64,000 nucleotides of DNA from the NCBI GenBank assembly GCA_963792965.1, contig CAWBYW010000016.1, positions 96,001-160,000 of the forward strand, read 5' to 3'. Under the pieces are notes generated by a model. That model saw nothing but the letters and a program-made list of their open reading frames with translations, did no database searches and was not told the DNA's origin. The stretch is from an uncultured delta proteobacterium (GTDB taxonomy: Bacteria; Desulfobacterota; Zymogenia; Zymogenales; Zymogenaceae). The translations under genes and the position numbers were made by a program. Positions 30,761 to 40,093 of the stretch are shown here, one piece after another (the first letter of the stretch is position 1; each line of letters starts with the position of its first letter).

Positions 30761-33549
30761 CTCTGTTCGCTCACAAAATCGCTTAAGAAAATAACGGTAG
30801 TCCATCCTATCGGGGAGCCCGACCCCATACCCTGTGCAAGATCGCGGACGGTCTGGGCATAGCCGTCAAGAAGAGGGGCCTTCCTGGACGCGGTAATCAT
30901 TCGAGACAGAAAAGGGGATACCTCGTCCGGGCGCGCCCCCCGGGGGATCAGCAGATAGGGTGCATCCTTCATGAAGGCCAGGTATTCTATCTGGAAAAAC
31001 TCCCCGGGAGCGGAGTCTTCGTCGATGTCCGATACAACGACGAGGGGTGCCTCCTGCTCCCACCACGCCCGGTCGCCCGGATGCGCGAGGAGGAGCACGG
31101 TTGGGGCTCCCACGCCCGTCTCTTTCGTGTCTGGGTCCGGGAGTCGCCTCACGTCCGTAAAGAGGTCTAATAATCCCTTGTCGACAGGGCCGGCGTCTCC
31201 GACGACGGTCACGCTATCCGGCATCGTCGGGAGGGCCTGAGGGATCATCGACCGGGGAGAAAGACAGGACGTAAGGAATACGGCGTATTCGGCCGCAAGC
31301 GGCACGAACGTCCCGTCCCCGGGACTATGCCCGAGGGCGTTGAGCGGAAGTGATGAAAGACGAGGCCCGGGAGATATCCCGAGCGTGGTGACGCCGTCGA
31401 GCTCCCCGATCAGAGGGGCAATCAGTATTGAGTAGAGGTGGTCCGATGCCGCGGCAAATGGGGGAAGCGCGGCCGCCGTCGACCCCTCGGGGGCGGGAGC
31501 GGCGACGGGGGGTGTGGAGATTTCCTTCTTTAGGTCCCGCACAAGCCCCGCGGCTTCCTCCTGTGTTGTCCCGAGTTTTACGACGGATGTCCCCCGTGAT
31601 GTGACCACGAATGCAAATGCGGCCTCCCCGTCAAAGTAGTAGTGGACGAAGGCCGCGCCGTTCGGCACGATCCGCGCAAGGTCGCCCGCGTCGGGCGGCC
31701 CGATGCCCATGAAGGCGGCAAGCCGAGGGGACCGCCGCGCGATCGAGGACACGGCGTCGGAAAGCGCCGCGTTTGCCTCATCGCGGCGTCGGATGATGTC
31801 CGTGCGCGAGGATTCGGCAAGCTTGGTGAAGTCACCCGACAAAAAGACCCCTTGGGCCGCGATCGCGCGCATCGCCGCGTCCCGAAAAAGGCCCACGAGC
31901 TCCGCGTCTGTTTTCTTCAGGACGGGTGGAGACTGAAAGATCCCTCGCGCCACCCACGATCCCTCGGACGAAATGAGGGCCTCAAGCCCCTCCCTCTCTT
32001 CCCCGAGCTCCGCACAGAGGCCCAGGAGCTTATTAAGGGCTCCCGCACGCTCCTCTGTTCCGAAGGAAAGGAGCGCTGCTTCCGGCACATCCGTCCTGAT
32101 GTCCTCCGAGGTTCGGACGCAAGAGGCCAGCGCGTCGAAGGCCTTCTCTTTTTGACCGAGGGCGATCCTCACTTCGGCCTCGGCTAAAAGCGCCGCGGCG
32201 CGCGTGAGCGGGACATCCTCGGAAAACGCGAGCGTATGGGCCGAAAGGGCGGCCGCCTCGGCCCCCTTGAGATCGCCCATGGCGATGAGAACCCGCGCCG
32301 TCTCGCAGTAGACCGCCGTCTCGCCGAGGGTCCAGCCGAGATCCTTTGCCACCATAAGGGCGTCCTTCAGGAACAGCGAGGCCGCCTTTGAATCGCCGGC
32401 CTTGCGGTAGGCCGTCGAGAGCCCTATGAGGGCGGTTTCTCTGACCACTTCGTCCTCGATTCTTTCCCCGAGGGTCTCGGCGACCTTGTAGGCCGCTATG
32501 GCACCGGGGAAGTCCCCCTCGCCGGCGAGGATCCGGCCGAGCGTCAGATAAGCACGGCCCAGCCGCCCGGCATCGGCCAGTCTCTCAAAGATCGTGATCG
32601 CCTCTCTGATCTTCGCCTCTCCCTGTTTGTTCTCTTGCTGGGCGGCGTCAATCTCGGCGCCCAGCATGAGGACATCGCCGACGTCAGGCGCCGGCCCCGA
32701 TGCCCCCACCTCTTTGAGAGTCTCATCGGCCTGGCGCTTTGCGGCCTCTCGATCACCCGTGAGGAAGAGAAGCCGCGCCTGCGCAAGCCCGGCTTCGGCG
32801 ACGTACTCGGGCCTGCCGAGGGTGCGTGATAGCTCTTGGGCCGCGGCCAGGTCGTCCCGCGCGCCTGCCGCGTCGCCAAGGGATATCCGTGCCCTCGCCA
32901 GCCCCATCAGGCACTGATAGATCCCTTCATCGTTTTCCGCCGTCCGAAAGATATTCTCCGCGGAGAGGTACGACTCGATGCCCCGAACGCGATCCAGGAG
33001 GATGTCGGAGGCGACCTCCGCCTGGATGAAGATCGCCTGGGCCTTGGAGACGAGGATCTCCTTTTCCGGGGCGGAGAGCTTGGCCGGCGTGAGGGGTTTT
33101 GTCTTGAGGTCGGCGATATTATTGAGGTAGGCCGAAAGGGTGGCGGCATCTATCGTGACCCTGGCCGTCACCAATACCATATCGGAGGTAGGGAACGGGG
33201 TGGAAGAGACGACCTCGGTTTTCTTGATATATTTCTTGTAGTCGGGGATGACCAGGGCGTCCAGCGCGTCCTGGAGGCGGAAGAATTCATCTTCGCCGAG
33301 GGTCTGGAAGATAGACGTGACAAGCGCCCTTTTTTCGGCGTCATCGACGGCGGTCGGAAGCGGCGGCTCCGCATCCGAAGGTGTCTTCTGAGCGGGCGCG
33401 CCCAGGCCGAGGGAAAAAATGGTGACCCCGTCTTCGCCTCCGTTGCCGGCGCCGAAGAGCGGATGCGCGCCGAATGAGACGAATAGAAGGATAAGGAGCA
33501 CGACTATGCGGTACGTAGTATGGATAATAGCCCGAGAAAAAAAGGTCAT
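30757..33549 (-). CDS. Exported TPR + degenerate CHAT-domain protein
   Basis: Signal/TM segment, FlgT_N-like region, TPRs, then CHAT-like AFVHYYF...LYSILIAP...LGISPGPRLSSLPLNAL and C-terminal PIGW; catalytic LSAC motif absent. Confidence 0.78.
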   Translation of the reverse strand: MTFFSRAIIHTTYRIVVLLILLFVSFGAHPLFGAGNGGEDGVTIFSLGLGAPAQKTPSDAEPPLPTAVDDAEKRALVTSIFQTLGEDEFFRLQDALDALVIPDYKKYIKKTEVVSSTPFPTSDMVLVTARVTIDAATLSAYLNNIADLKTKPLTPAKLSAPEKEILVSKAQAIFIQAEVASDILLDRVRGIESYLSAENIFRTAENDEGIYQCLMGLARARISLGDAAGARDDLAAAQELSRTLGRPEYVAEAGLAQARLLFLTGDREAAKRQADETLKEVGASGPAPDVGDVLMLGAEIDAAQQENKQGEAKIREAITIFERLADAGRLGRAYLTLGRILAGEGDFPGAIAAYKVAETLGERIEDEVVRETALIGLSTAYRKAGDSKAASLFLKDALMVAKDLGWTLGETAVYCETARVLIAMGDLKGAEAAALSAHTLAFSEDVPLTRAAALLAEAEVRIALGQKEKAFDALASCVRTSEDIRTDVPEAALLSFGTEERAGALNKLLGLCAELGEEREGLEALISSEGSWVARGIFQSPPVLKKTDAELVGLFRDAAMRAIAAQGVFLSGDFTKLAESSRTDIIRRRDEANAALSDAVSSIARRSPRLAAFMGIGPPDAGDLARIVPNGAAFVHYYFDGEAAFAFVVTSRGTSVVKLGTTQEEAAGLVRDLKKEISTPPVAAPAPEGSTAAALPPFAAASDHLYSILIAPLIGELDGVTTLGISPGPRLSSLPLNALGHSPGDGTFVPLAAEYAVFLTSCLSPRSMIPQALPTMPDSVTVVGDAGPVDKGLLDLFTDVRRLPDPDTKETGVGAPTVLLLAHPGDRAWWEQEAPLVVVSDIDEDSAPGEFFQIEYLAFMKDAPYLLIPRGARPDEVSPFLSRMITASRKAPLLDGYAQTVRDLAQGMGSGSPIGWTTVIFLSDFVSEQR

Positions 33550-33629
33550 CGGATAGATCCTCGCCCCGGCCCGATACGGCCTCAGTTCATCGTCGAACAT
33601 CACCGATAGATGATCTCGTGTTCCCCGTG

Positions 33630-34199
33630 CTATAACCCGAGCTCCCCCGCAATCGTCCCCATCGCCTCGATGCTGAGGGTGACGAACTCCTCAAGCGGTA
33701 TCCCGATCTCCTCACAGAGCCTGATCCCCTCGCGGCTGACGGACCTGGCGAAACCCTTCTCTTTCATCCGCTTGACGACGGAGGAGGGTTTCACCTGGGC
33801 GATCTTCTTGTCCGGCTGCACGAGGGCCGTGGCCACAATCAGCCCGGTGATATTTTCCGCGGCGGTGAGGGCGAAATGGAACGTGTCGGTGCGGGAAATC
33901 CCAAGGGCCTCGGCGTTGTGGCTCTTGATCGCCTCGATGATCTCGGGGCTTACCCCCTTTTCGACGAGGATCTTTTCAGTCTCGAGTCCGTGGCGCTCGG
34001 GGGTATCCTTGGTCGTCGCGTAGTCAAGGTCGTGAAGCAGGCCCGCGACTCCCCATACCTCGGGGTCTTTTCCGAACCGCGCCGCAAGCCGCCTCATGAT
34101 CGCCTCGGTGGCCAGGCTGTGCTTGATCAGGGCCTGATCCGTGACTTTTTCTTTCACGAGCGCCCACGCCTCGTCTCTTGTTACCGTGCGGCCGCTCAT
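33630..34199 (-). CDS. HD (HDIG) domain phosphohydrolase
   Basis: LIKHSLATEAIM, GLLHDLDY, HG, IKSHN, KEKGFARSVSRE. Confidence 0.92.
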   Translation of the reverse strand: MSGRTVTRDEAWALVKEKVTDQALIKHSLATEAIMRRLAARFGKDPEVWGVAGLLHDLDYATTKDTPERHGLETEKILVEKGVSPEIIEAIKSHNAEALGISRTDTFHFALTAAENITGLIVATALVQPDKKIAQVKPSSVVKRMKEKGFARSVSREGIRLCEEIGIPLEEFVTLSIEAMGTIAGELGL

Positions 34200-34657
34200 C
34201 GATATCGATTCTCCTTTTCCGTTCTTTTTTGTTTGTCTTCCAGCATCTTTGCCGTACAGTAGGTGTCGGCCAGCTCACAGGCCTTCGTAATGTCGGCATC
34301 GGCCTTATCGGCAAGCCCCATCATGTTGTAGCAGCCGCCCCGCTGGTAGAGGGCCTCGGCGTCGTTCGGGTAAAAGCCCAATACCATGGAGAAATCATCC
34401 GAGGCCTCTTTCCATTTGAAAAGCTTTTTATAAGAGAGCCCCCGGTTGAAATAGACGGTCGACAGATCGATCCCCTCTGTCGTTGTGCCGGAAGATGCCG
34501 CCTCGATTACGCTCGTCCACAGCTCGATCGCAGTCCCATAGTCGCCCCTTCTGAAGTGCCGCTGGGCATCGTCATTGACATCTTTAACGCTGGCGGCCGC
34601 GGCTATCGAGGCCGCCAGCGAGAGGATCAGAAGAGAAACACATACGCGCTTTTTCAT
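34196..34657 (-). CDS. Small exported TPR protein
   Basis: Signal peptide MKKRVCVSLLILSLAASIAAA; VYFNRG, ALYQRG, ADITKACEL. Confidence 0.85.
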   Translation of the reverse strand: MKKRVCVSLLILSLAASIAAAASVKDVNDDAQRHFRRGDYGTAIELWTSVIEAASSGTTTEGIDLSTVYFNRGLSYKKLFKWKEASDDFSMVLGFYPNDAEALYQRGGCYNMMGLADKADADITKACELADTYCTAKMLEDKQKRTEKENRYR

Positions 34658-34800
34658 GCTCTGCACCCGCATCGGTAAGATCGGCCTTCTCCCCGGCAAT
34701 ATCTGGTAGTTATCCACAATAATATACACAACATGTGGATAGAATAGCGAAAAACAGGGGAAAATTGTTACTTATCATGATGATACGCTGAAATTGTTTT

Positions 34801-34829
34801 ATGATACTGTATTGTGAGAGTATAGTCAA
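34801..34829 (-). promoter_or_regulatory. sigma70 promoter for the TPR-HD-CHAT-TPR run
   Basis: TTGACT-17 nt-TATCAT on the minus strand. Confidence 0.6.
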
Positions 34830-34950
34830 GCTTTTCCCTTGACGATGACTCCTGCTTATGATATTTAATTATATTTATACACACGGCACTGTTCGGTCTG
34901 ACACACGGCGTGCGGTATCTTTTCGGGCCGACGGCTCGATGGGGTCAACG

Positions 34951-35382
34951 ATGAAACAGCTCCTGCTGGTGGATGACCGCAACAAATATTCGAAGATCAT
35001 CACGAGCTTCTTCACGAAGCGCGGCTACCTGGTCGACCGCGCCGTCTCCGCCAGAGAGGGGATCAGACTCCTGGGCGAAAGAGGGCTGGATTACTATTGT
35101 GTCGTGGTCACGGACATCACCATGGAGCATCAGCTGGCCGGCCTGACGGTGATCCTGTATCTACACCGAAAGAGGTTTTCGGGGACGGTTGTCATGGCGA
35201 GCACCGGCTTCGACGTATTTTTCGGGATGTTCTTCTCCAAGCTCTTCATGGGAATTTTCGGCGTGCACTATCTCGTTCCCAAGACCACGGTGTTGAAGCA
35301 CGATTTTGATTTTTACCCGGCCCGGCTCGGCTCGCAACCGCAAAAAGAGTTCACCGAGGTTACCGCCGCACTCGGGGCTTGA
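34951..35382 (+). CDS. Single-domain response regulator (atypical)
   Basis: LLVDD, VVTDITME (phospho-Asp), MASTG, LVPK. Confidence 0.8.
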   Translation: MKQLLLVDDRNKYSKIITSFFTKRGYLVDRAVSAREGIRLLGERGLDYYCVVVTDITMEHQLAGLTVILYLHRKRFSGTVVMASTGFDVFFGMFFSKLFMGIFGVHYLVPKTTVLKHDFDFYPARLGSQPQKEFTEVTAALGA

Positions 35383-35499
35383 CCGTAGGATCGTAGCTGC
35401 GATTGAGCCCTCAGAATCATCACCACAGCAAACCTCCTCGTAAGGGGCGGTGAGTGTCGACAAAATAAAGTACATAATCTATTAAGAAAGGAGCATCCT

Positions 35500-36513
35500 A
35501 TGAAACGGTTTGTACTTCTTACGTTAGTGGCGGCCCTGATCGTCCCCCTGGCCTTCGGGATCACCGGCTGCGCGAAGGAAAAGAAACATTACCTCATCGG
35601 CATCTCCCAGTTCGTCGAGCACCCGGCGCTTGATGCCGTTCGCAACGGATTCATCGACTACCTCAAGGAGAACGGCTACGTGGAAGGGGAGAACGTGACG
35701 TATGATATTAATCTGGCCCAGGCCGATTTCGGAACGGCGGCGCAGATCGCGGAGAAGCTTGTCGGGATGAAGCCGGATCTGGTTCTTACCATCGCCACTC
35801 CCTCCTCCCAGGCCATGGTCAAGGCGACCGCGGAAATCCCCATCGTCTTTTCCGCCGTGACCGACCCGGTCGGAGCGGGGTTGGTGAGCTCGCTTTCCGG
35901 CGGCGGGAAGAACGTGACCGGGACCTCGGACCTCTCCCCCGTAGACAAGCAGCTTGAGCTCATCAAGAAGATCGTACCGAACATCAAGAAGCTCGGCTTT
36001 ATCTACAACGCCGGCGAGTCCAACTCCCTGACTTCTCTCAAGCAGGCCAAGGAAGCGGCCGCCAAGCTCAACATTGAGATCGTCGAGGCCACCGTCACCA
36101 ACTCAAGCGAGGTCTTGATGGCGGCTCAATCCCTGGTGGGCAAGGTGGACGCCATTCACGTCCCCACGGACAACACCGTCGTTTCCGCCTTTGAGGCGAT
36201 CACCAAGGTCTGCATCGACAATAAGATCCCCCTCTTCGCGGCGGACGTCGATTCGGTCCCGCGGGGCGCCGTCGCGGCCCTCGCGATTGACTACTATCGC
36301 CTCGGCCAGCAGACAGGCAGGATGGCCATCGAAATCCTCAAGGGAAAGAAACCGGGCGACATGCCGGTCGAAACCCTCGAAGATCTGCTGCTTTATGTCA
36401 ACCTCGATTCCGCCAAGAAGATGGGCGTGACGATCCCGGCCGACGTGCTTGATAAGGCCGACAAGAAGATCGAAGAAATCTCGGCGCCGACGCCCGCGGA
36501 AGAAAAGAAGTAG
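35500..36513 (+). CDS. ABC transporter substrate-binding lipoprotein (TrpX-like, aromatic amino acid family)
   Basis: Lipobox ITGC; QFVEHPALDA, ATPSSQA, FSAVTDP, NVTGTSD, PTDNTV. Confidence 0.92.
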   Translation: MKRFVLLTLVAALIVPLAFGITGCAKEKKHYLIGISQFVEHPALDAVRNGFIDYLKENGYVEGENVTYDINLAQADFGTAAQIAEKLVGMKPDLVLTIATPSSQAMVKATAEIPIVFSAVTDPVGAGLVSSLSGGGKNVTGTSDLSPVDKQLELIKKIVPNIKKLGFIYNAGESNSLTSLKQAKEAAAKLNIEIVEATVTNSSEVLMAAQSLVGKVDAIHVPTDNTVVSAFEAITKVCIDNKIPLFAADVDSVPRGAVAALAIDYYRLGQQTGRMAIEILKGKKPGDMPVETLEDLLLYVNLDSAKKMGVTIPADVLDKADKKIEEISAPTPAEEKK

Positions 36514-36613
36514 GCGCACGTGCGCAGACGGATACCGCCGGAAGTCGCCGTCGGCGCTCCGACCGGTCGATACCGGTGCCGAGTCGGGAGTTTTCGAACA
36601 TCGAAGGTAAAAC

Positions 36614-36655
36614 GAGACGGGGTGGGATATCGATTCTCACCCCGTCTCTTTTTTT
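36614..36655 (+). terminator. Intrinsic terminator after the substrate-binding protein gene
   Basis: GAGACGGGGTGGGAT-atcg-ATTCTCACCCCGTCTC followed by T7. Confidence 0.85.
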
Positions 36656-36767
36656 GTCACGACGGCGGCGCCGGGCTTTTCCCTTGACCATATAAAGTTA
36701 TTGTGATATTTAACTACTTTTAATAATTGATTTTCGAGCCCGGCCTTTCAAGTACCGTGACCTGGAG

Positions 36768-37712
36768 GTGGCGCACGTGTCGTTGTATGCCCTCATGGGT
36801 GCGATCTCACAGGGCCTCGTCTATTCCCTGATGGCGCTCGGGGTTTACCTTACGTTTCGGGTCTTGGATTTCCCCGACCTCACGGTGGACGGCAGCTTCC
36901 CGCTCGGGGCTTCGGTGAGCGCCGTGTTGATCACACACGGGGTAAACCCGTTCCTGACGCTCCCCGCGGCCATAGCCGCCGGGATGCTGGCCGGCCTCGC
37001 CACGGGCTTTCTCTCCACGAAGCTGCACATCCTTAATCTCCTGGCCTCGATCCTAACGATGATCGCACTCTATTCCATCAACTTGAGGATCATGGGCAAG
37101 CCAAACATCTCCCTCCTCAACAGGAAGACCGTCTTTGACTACTTTTCGGCCCTCAGGGATTTCATGGTGGGTCTCGGCATCCCCGAGTCGGTGATGGTCC
37201 CCCTTCTCTTCCTTGCGATCATCATCCTCGTCAAGATCGCCCTTGATTTCTTCCTCCACACGGAGCTCGGATTGGCGCTGCGCGCCACCGGCGACAACCC
37301 CCATATGATCCGGGCGCAGGGCGTCAATACGAACTTCACCATCATGCTGGGCGTTGCGATCTCAAACGGCCTTGTCGCGTTGTCCGGGGCGCTCTTTTCC
37401 CAGAACCAGGGGAGCGCGGACGTCAACATGGGGGTAGGGACGATCGTGGCGGGGCTCGCTTCGGTGATCGTCGGGGAGGCCGTCATAGGAGAGATGACCG
37501 TATTTCGGGCGACGATCGGCGTTATCATCGGGTCGGTCATCTACCGACTCGCCATCGCCGTGGCCCTGCAGATCAAGATCGGAAGCCTCCAGATCACCCC
37601 GAGCGACCTGAAGCTCATCACGGCGATTCTCGTGATCATCGCACTGACCCTTCCCACGTTCAGGAATAAGATCAAGATCGGCATCTTCCGAAGGGGAGGG
37701 ACCCAACAATGA
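36768..37712 (+). CDS. ABC transporter permease
   Basis: LDFPDLTVDGSFPLG, YSINLRIMG, GLALRATGDN, GLASVIVGE. Confidence 0.93.
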   Translation: MAHVSLYALMGAISQGLVYSLMALGVYLTFRVLDFPDLTVDGSFPLGASVSAVLITHGVNPFLTLPAAIAAGMLAGLATGFLSTKLHILNLLASILTMIALYSINLRIMGKPNISLLNRKTVFDYFSALRDFMVGLGIPESVMVPLLFLAIIILVKIALDFFLHTELGLALRATGDNPHMIRAQGVNTNFTIMLGVAISNGLVALSGALFSQNQGSADVNMGVGTIVAGLASVIVGEAVIGEMTVFRATIGVIIGSVIYRLAIAVALQIKIGSLQITPSDLKLITAILVIIALTLPTFRNKIKIGIFRRGGTQQ

Positions 37713-38515
37713 TCAGGGTACGCGATCTCACCAAGATCTTCAATCCGGGCAGCGTCAATGAGAACCTTGCCCTGGACGACGTAACCCTCGATATCAAGAA
37801 GGGCGACTTCATCACCGTCATCGGCTCCAACGGCGCCGGGAAATCGACGCTGCTCAACCTCATCGCGGGCGTCTATCCTCCGGAGCGGGGCCGAATCGTC
37901 ATCGACGGCGTTGACGTCACTTCCTTGAGGGAGTACGAGCGGGCCAAGTTTATCGGCCGCGTATTCCAGGATCCGATGATGGGGACTTCCGCCGCAATGA
38001 CCATCGAGGAGAACTTCTCCATCGCCCTGGCGCGTGGCAGGAGGCGGACCCTTCGGTTCGGCGTGAATCACCGGACGAGAGACCTCTTCAAGAGCCGCCT
38101 GGCCCTGTTGGGGCTGGGGCTTGAGAACCGCCTCAAGGATAAGGTGGGCCTCCTTTCCGGAGGGCAGCGCCAGTCGCTCACCCTCCTCATGGCGACCCTC
38201 AACTCCCCGAAGGTGCTCCTCCTTGACGAGCATACGGCGGCGCTTGACCCCAAGACGGCGAAGCTCGTCATGGACATCACCACAAAGATCATCGAAAAGT
38301 ACGAGCTGACAACCATCATGATCACCCACAACATGCAGCAGGCCCTGGCCAACGGAAACCGGCTCATCATGATGCACCTGGGCAAGATTATCCTCGACGT
38401 ACGGGGCCCGGAGAGGGACAACCTGACGGTGGAGGACCTCCTGGAGCAGTTCGGCAAGCTCAGGGGGAGCCTGACGGACAAGACCCTCCTTTCGATCAAG
38501 TCCGAGGCGCCGTAA
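37709..38515 (+). CDS. ABC transporter ATP-binding protein
   Basis: GSNGAGKST, LSGGQRQ, LLLDEHTAALDP, ITH. Confidence 0.95.
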   Translation: MIRVRDLTKIFNPGSVNENLALDDVTLDIKKGDFITVIGSNGAGKSTLLNLIAGVYPPERGRIVIDGVDVTSLREYERAKFIGRVFQDPMMGTSAAMTIEENFSIALARGRRRTLRFGVNHRTRDLFKSRLALLGLGLENRLKDKVGLLSGGQRQSLTLLMATLNSPKVLLLDEHTAALDPKTAKLVMDITTKIIEKYELTTIMITHNMQQALANGNRLIMMHLGKIILDVRGPERDNLTVEDLLEQFGKLRGSLTDKTLLSIKSEAP

Positions 38516-38670
38516 AGACACCCCAAAAATGCTTCGCATTTTTCGGGGCCCCGTCAGAGAGGGGATAAAAGTGACAACGGTCTAAGAATAATGTGCCCAG
38601 TCATTAAACTCTCAGTACCTAGTTGGACGATCGTAGTATTAGAAAGATAGACCTTTCTTATTCCAGGTGT

Positions 38671-40041
38671 ATGTCAAAAAAAACCAAGACCCATTTCATT
38701 TGCCAGTCATGTGGATTTACCGTGCCACGCTGGGTGGGCAGGTGCCCCCAGTGCAACGAGTGGAACACCATCGTCGAGGAGGCCGTGCCGGAGAAGACAC
38801 TGGCGACGTCGAGGGCCGCCCCCCGAAGCAGTGCGGTCTTCCTCTCGGCGGTAGACAGGACCGAGGTCTCCCGCATGGTCATCGGGATCGGAGAGCTTGA
38901 CCGCGTGCTCGGCGGCGGGCTCGTGCCCGGCTCCGTGGTGCTCGTGGGAGGAGACCCCGGCGTCGGCAAGACGACGCTCTTGATGGAGGCGCTCTCCCGT
39001 CTGGCATCACACGGGGTCAAGACCCTCTATGTCTCGGGAGAAGAATCGGGGGCGCAGCTTGCCGTCCGCGCGGAGCGCCTGGGCCTTGATCCCGCCAAGA
39101 TGCTCGTCCTTTTCACAACCGCGCTTTCCGACATCATGGATGCCATGGAGCGGCTCTCCCCGCGGGTCGTGGTCGTCGACTCGATCCAGACCACGGCCGA
39201 CGACGAGGTCGAGTCGGCTCCAGGGGGCATCGGGCAGATCCGTGAGGTCGCCCAGAAGCTGACGCAGGCGGCCAAGGAAAAAGGGACCGCGATTTTTCTC
39301 GTGGGACACATCACCAAAGAGGGCGCCATCGCCGGGCCCAAGGTGTTGGAGCATCTTGTCGATACCGTCCTCTATTTCGAGGGGGGGACCCATTACCCCT
39401 ATCGAATCCTCAAGGCCCACAAGAACCGTTTCGGTCCCACCCACGAGGTGGGGATTTTTGAGATGCGAGAGCGGGGGCTTGTGGAGGTGACAAACCCCTC
39501 GGAGCTCTTCCTCACCCGGCGCGACGAGCCGGTCTCCGGCGGCAGCGTTACCGCGGCGATCGAGGGAACCAGGACCATCATGGTCGAGGTGCAGGCCCTG
39601 ACCACCCCGAGCGCGCTGGCCGTGCCGCGCCGGACGTCTCTCGGCATCGACTATAACCGGACCAACATCATCGCCGCGGTGCTCGAGAAAAAGGGGGGCG
39701 TCAACCTGTCGGGGCACGATATCTTCGTCAACGTCGCCGGCGGCATCAGGCTTTCCGAGCCCTCCGTGGATGCGGCGCTGGCCGCAAGCCTCATATCGAG
39801 CTTTTCAGACATACCGGTCGCCTCCGACACCGTCTTGTTCGGGGAGATCGGGCTCTCGGGAGAGATCATGGGCGTCTCTCAGGGAGCGCAAAGGATCGCG
39901 GAGGCCAAACGGCTCGGCTTTTCGAGGGCCATCGTGCCGGCCAAGAACGCGGAGGAAAAGGGGATGCCCTCCCAGATCGAGGCCGTCGGCGTGAGAACGG
40001 TCCGGGAATTGATCGACATCCTCTTTAAGGGCAAGAAGTAA
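38671..40041 (+). CDS. radA: DNA repair protein RadA/Sms
   Basis: CQSC/CPQC zinc finger, GDPGVGKTT, VDSIQT, KNRFG, Lon-like C-terminus GEIGLSGE. Confidence 0.97.
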   Translation: MSKKTKTHFICQSCGFTVPRWVGRCPQCNEWNTIVEEAVPEKTLATSRAAPRSSAVFLSAVDRTEVSRMVIGIGELDRVLGGGLVPGSVVLVGGDPGVGKTTLLMEALSRLASHGVKTLYVSGEESGAQLAVRAERLGLDPAKMLVLFTTALSDIMDAMERLSPRVVVVDSIQTTADDEVESAPGGIGQIREVAQKLTQAAKEKGTAIFLVGHITKEGAIAGPKVLEHLVDTVLYFEGGTHYPYRILKAHKNRFGPTHEVGIFEMRERGLVEVTNPSELFLTRRDEPVSGGSVTAAIEGTRTIMVEVQALTTPSALAVPRRTSLGIDYNRTNIIAAVLEKKGGVNLSGHDIFVNVAGGIRLSEPSVDAALAASLISSFSDIPVASDTVLFGEIGLSGEIMGVSQGAQRIAEAKRLGFSRAIVPAKNAEEKGMPSQIEAVGVRTVRELIDILFKGKK

Positions 40042-40093
40042 GGCGTCGTTGGGTAGGGCGATGCCCCGGCGGTTTCGGAGCCTCATCAAAGGC

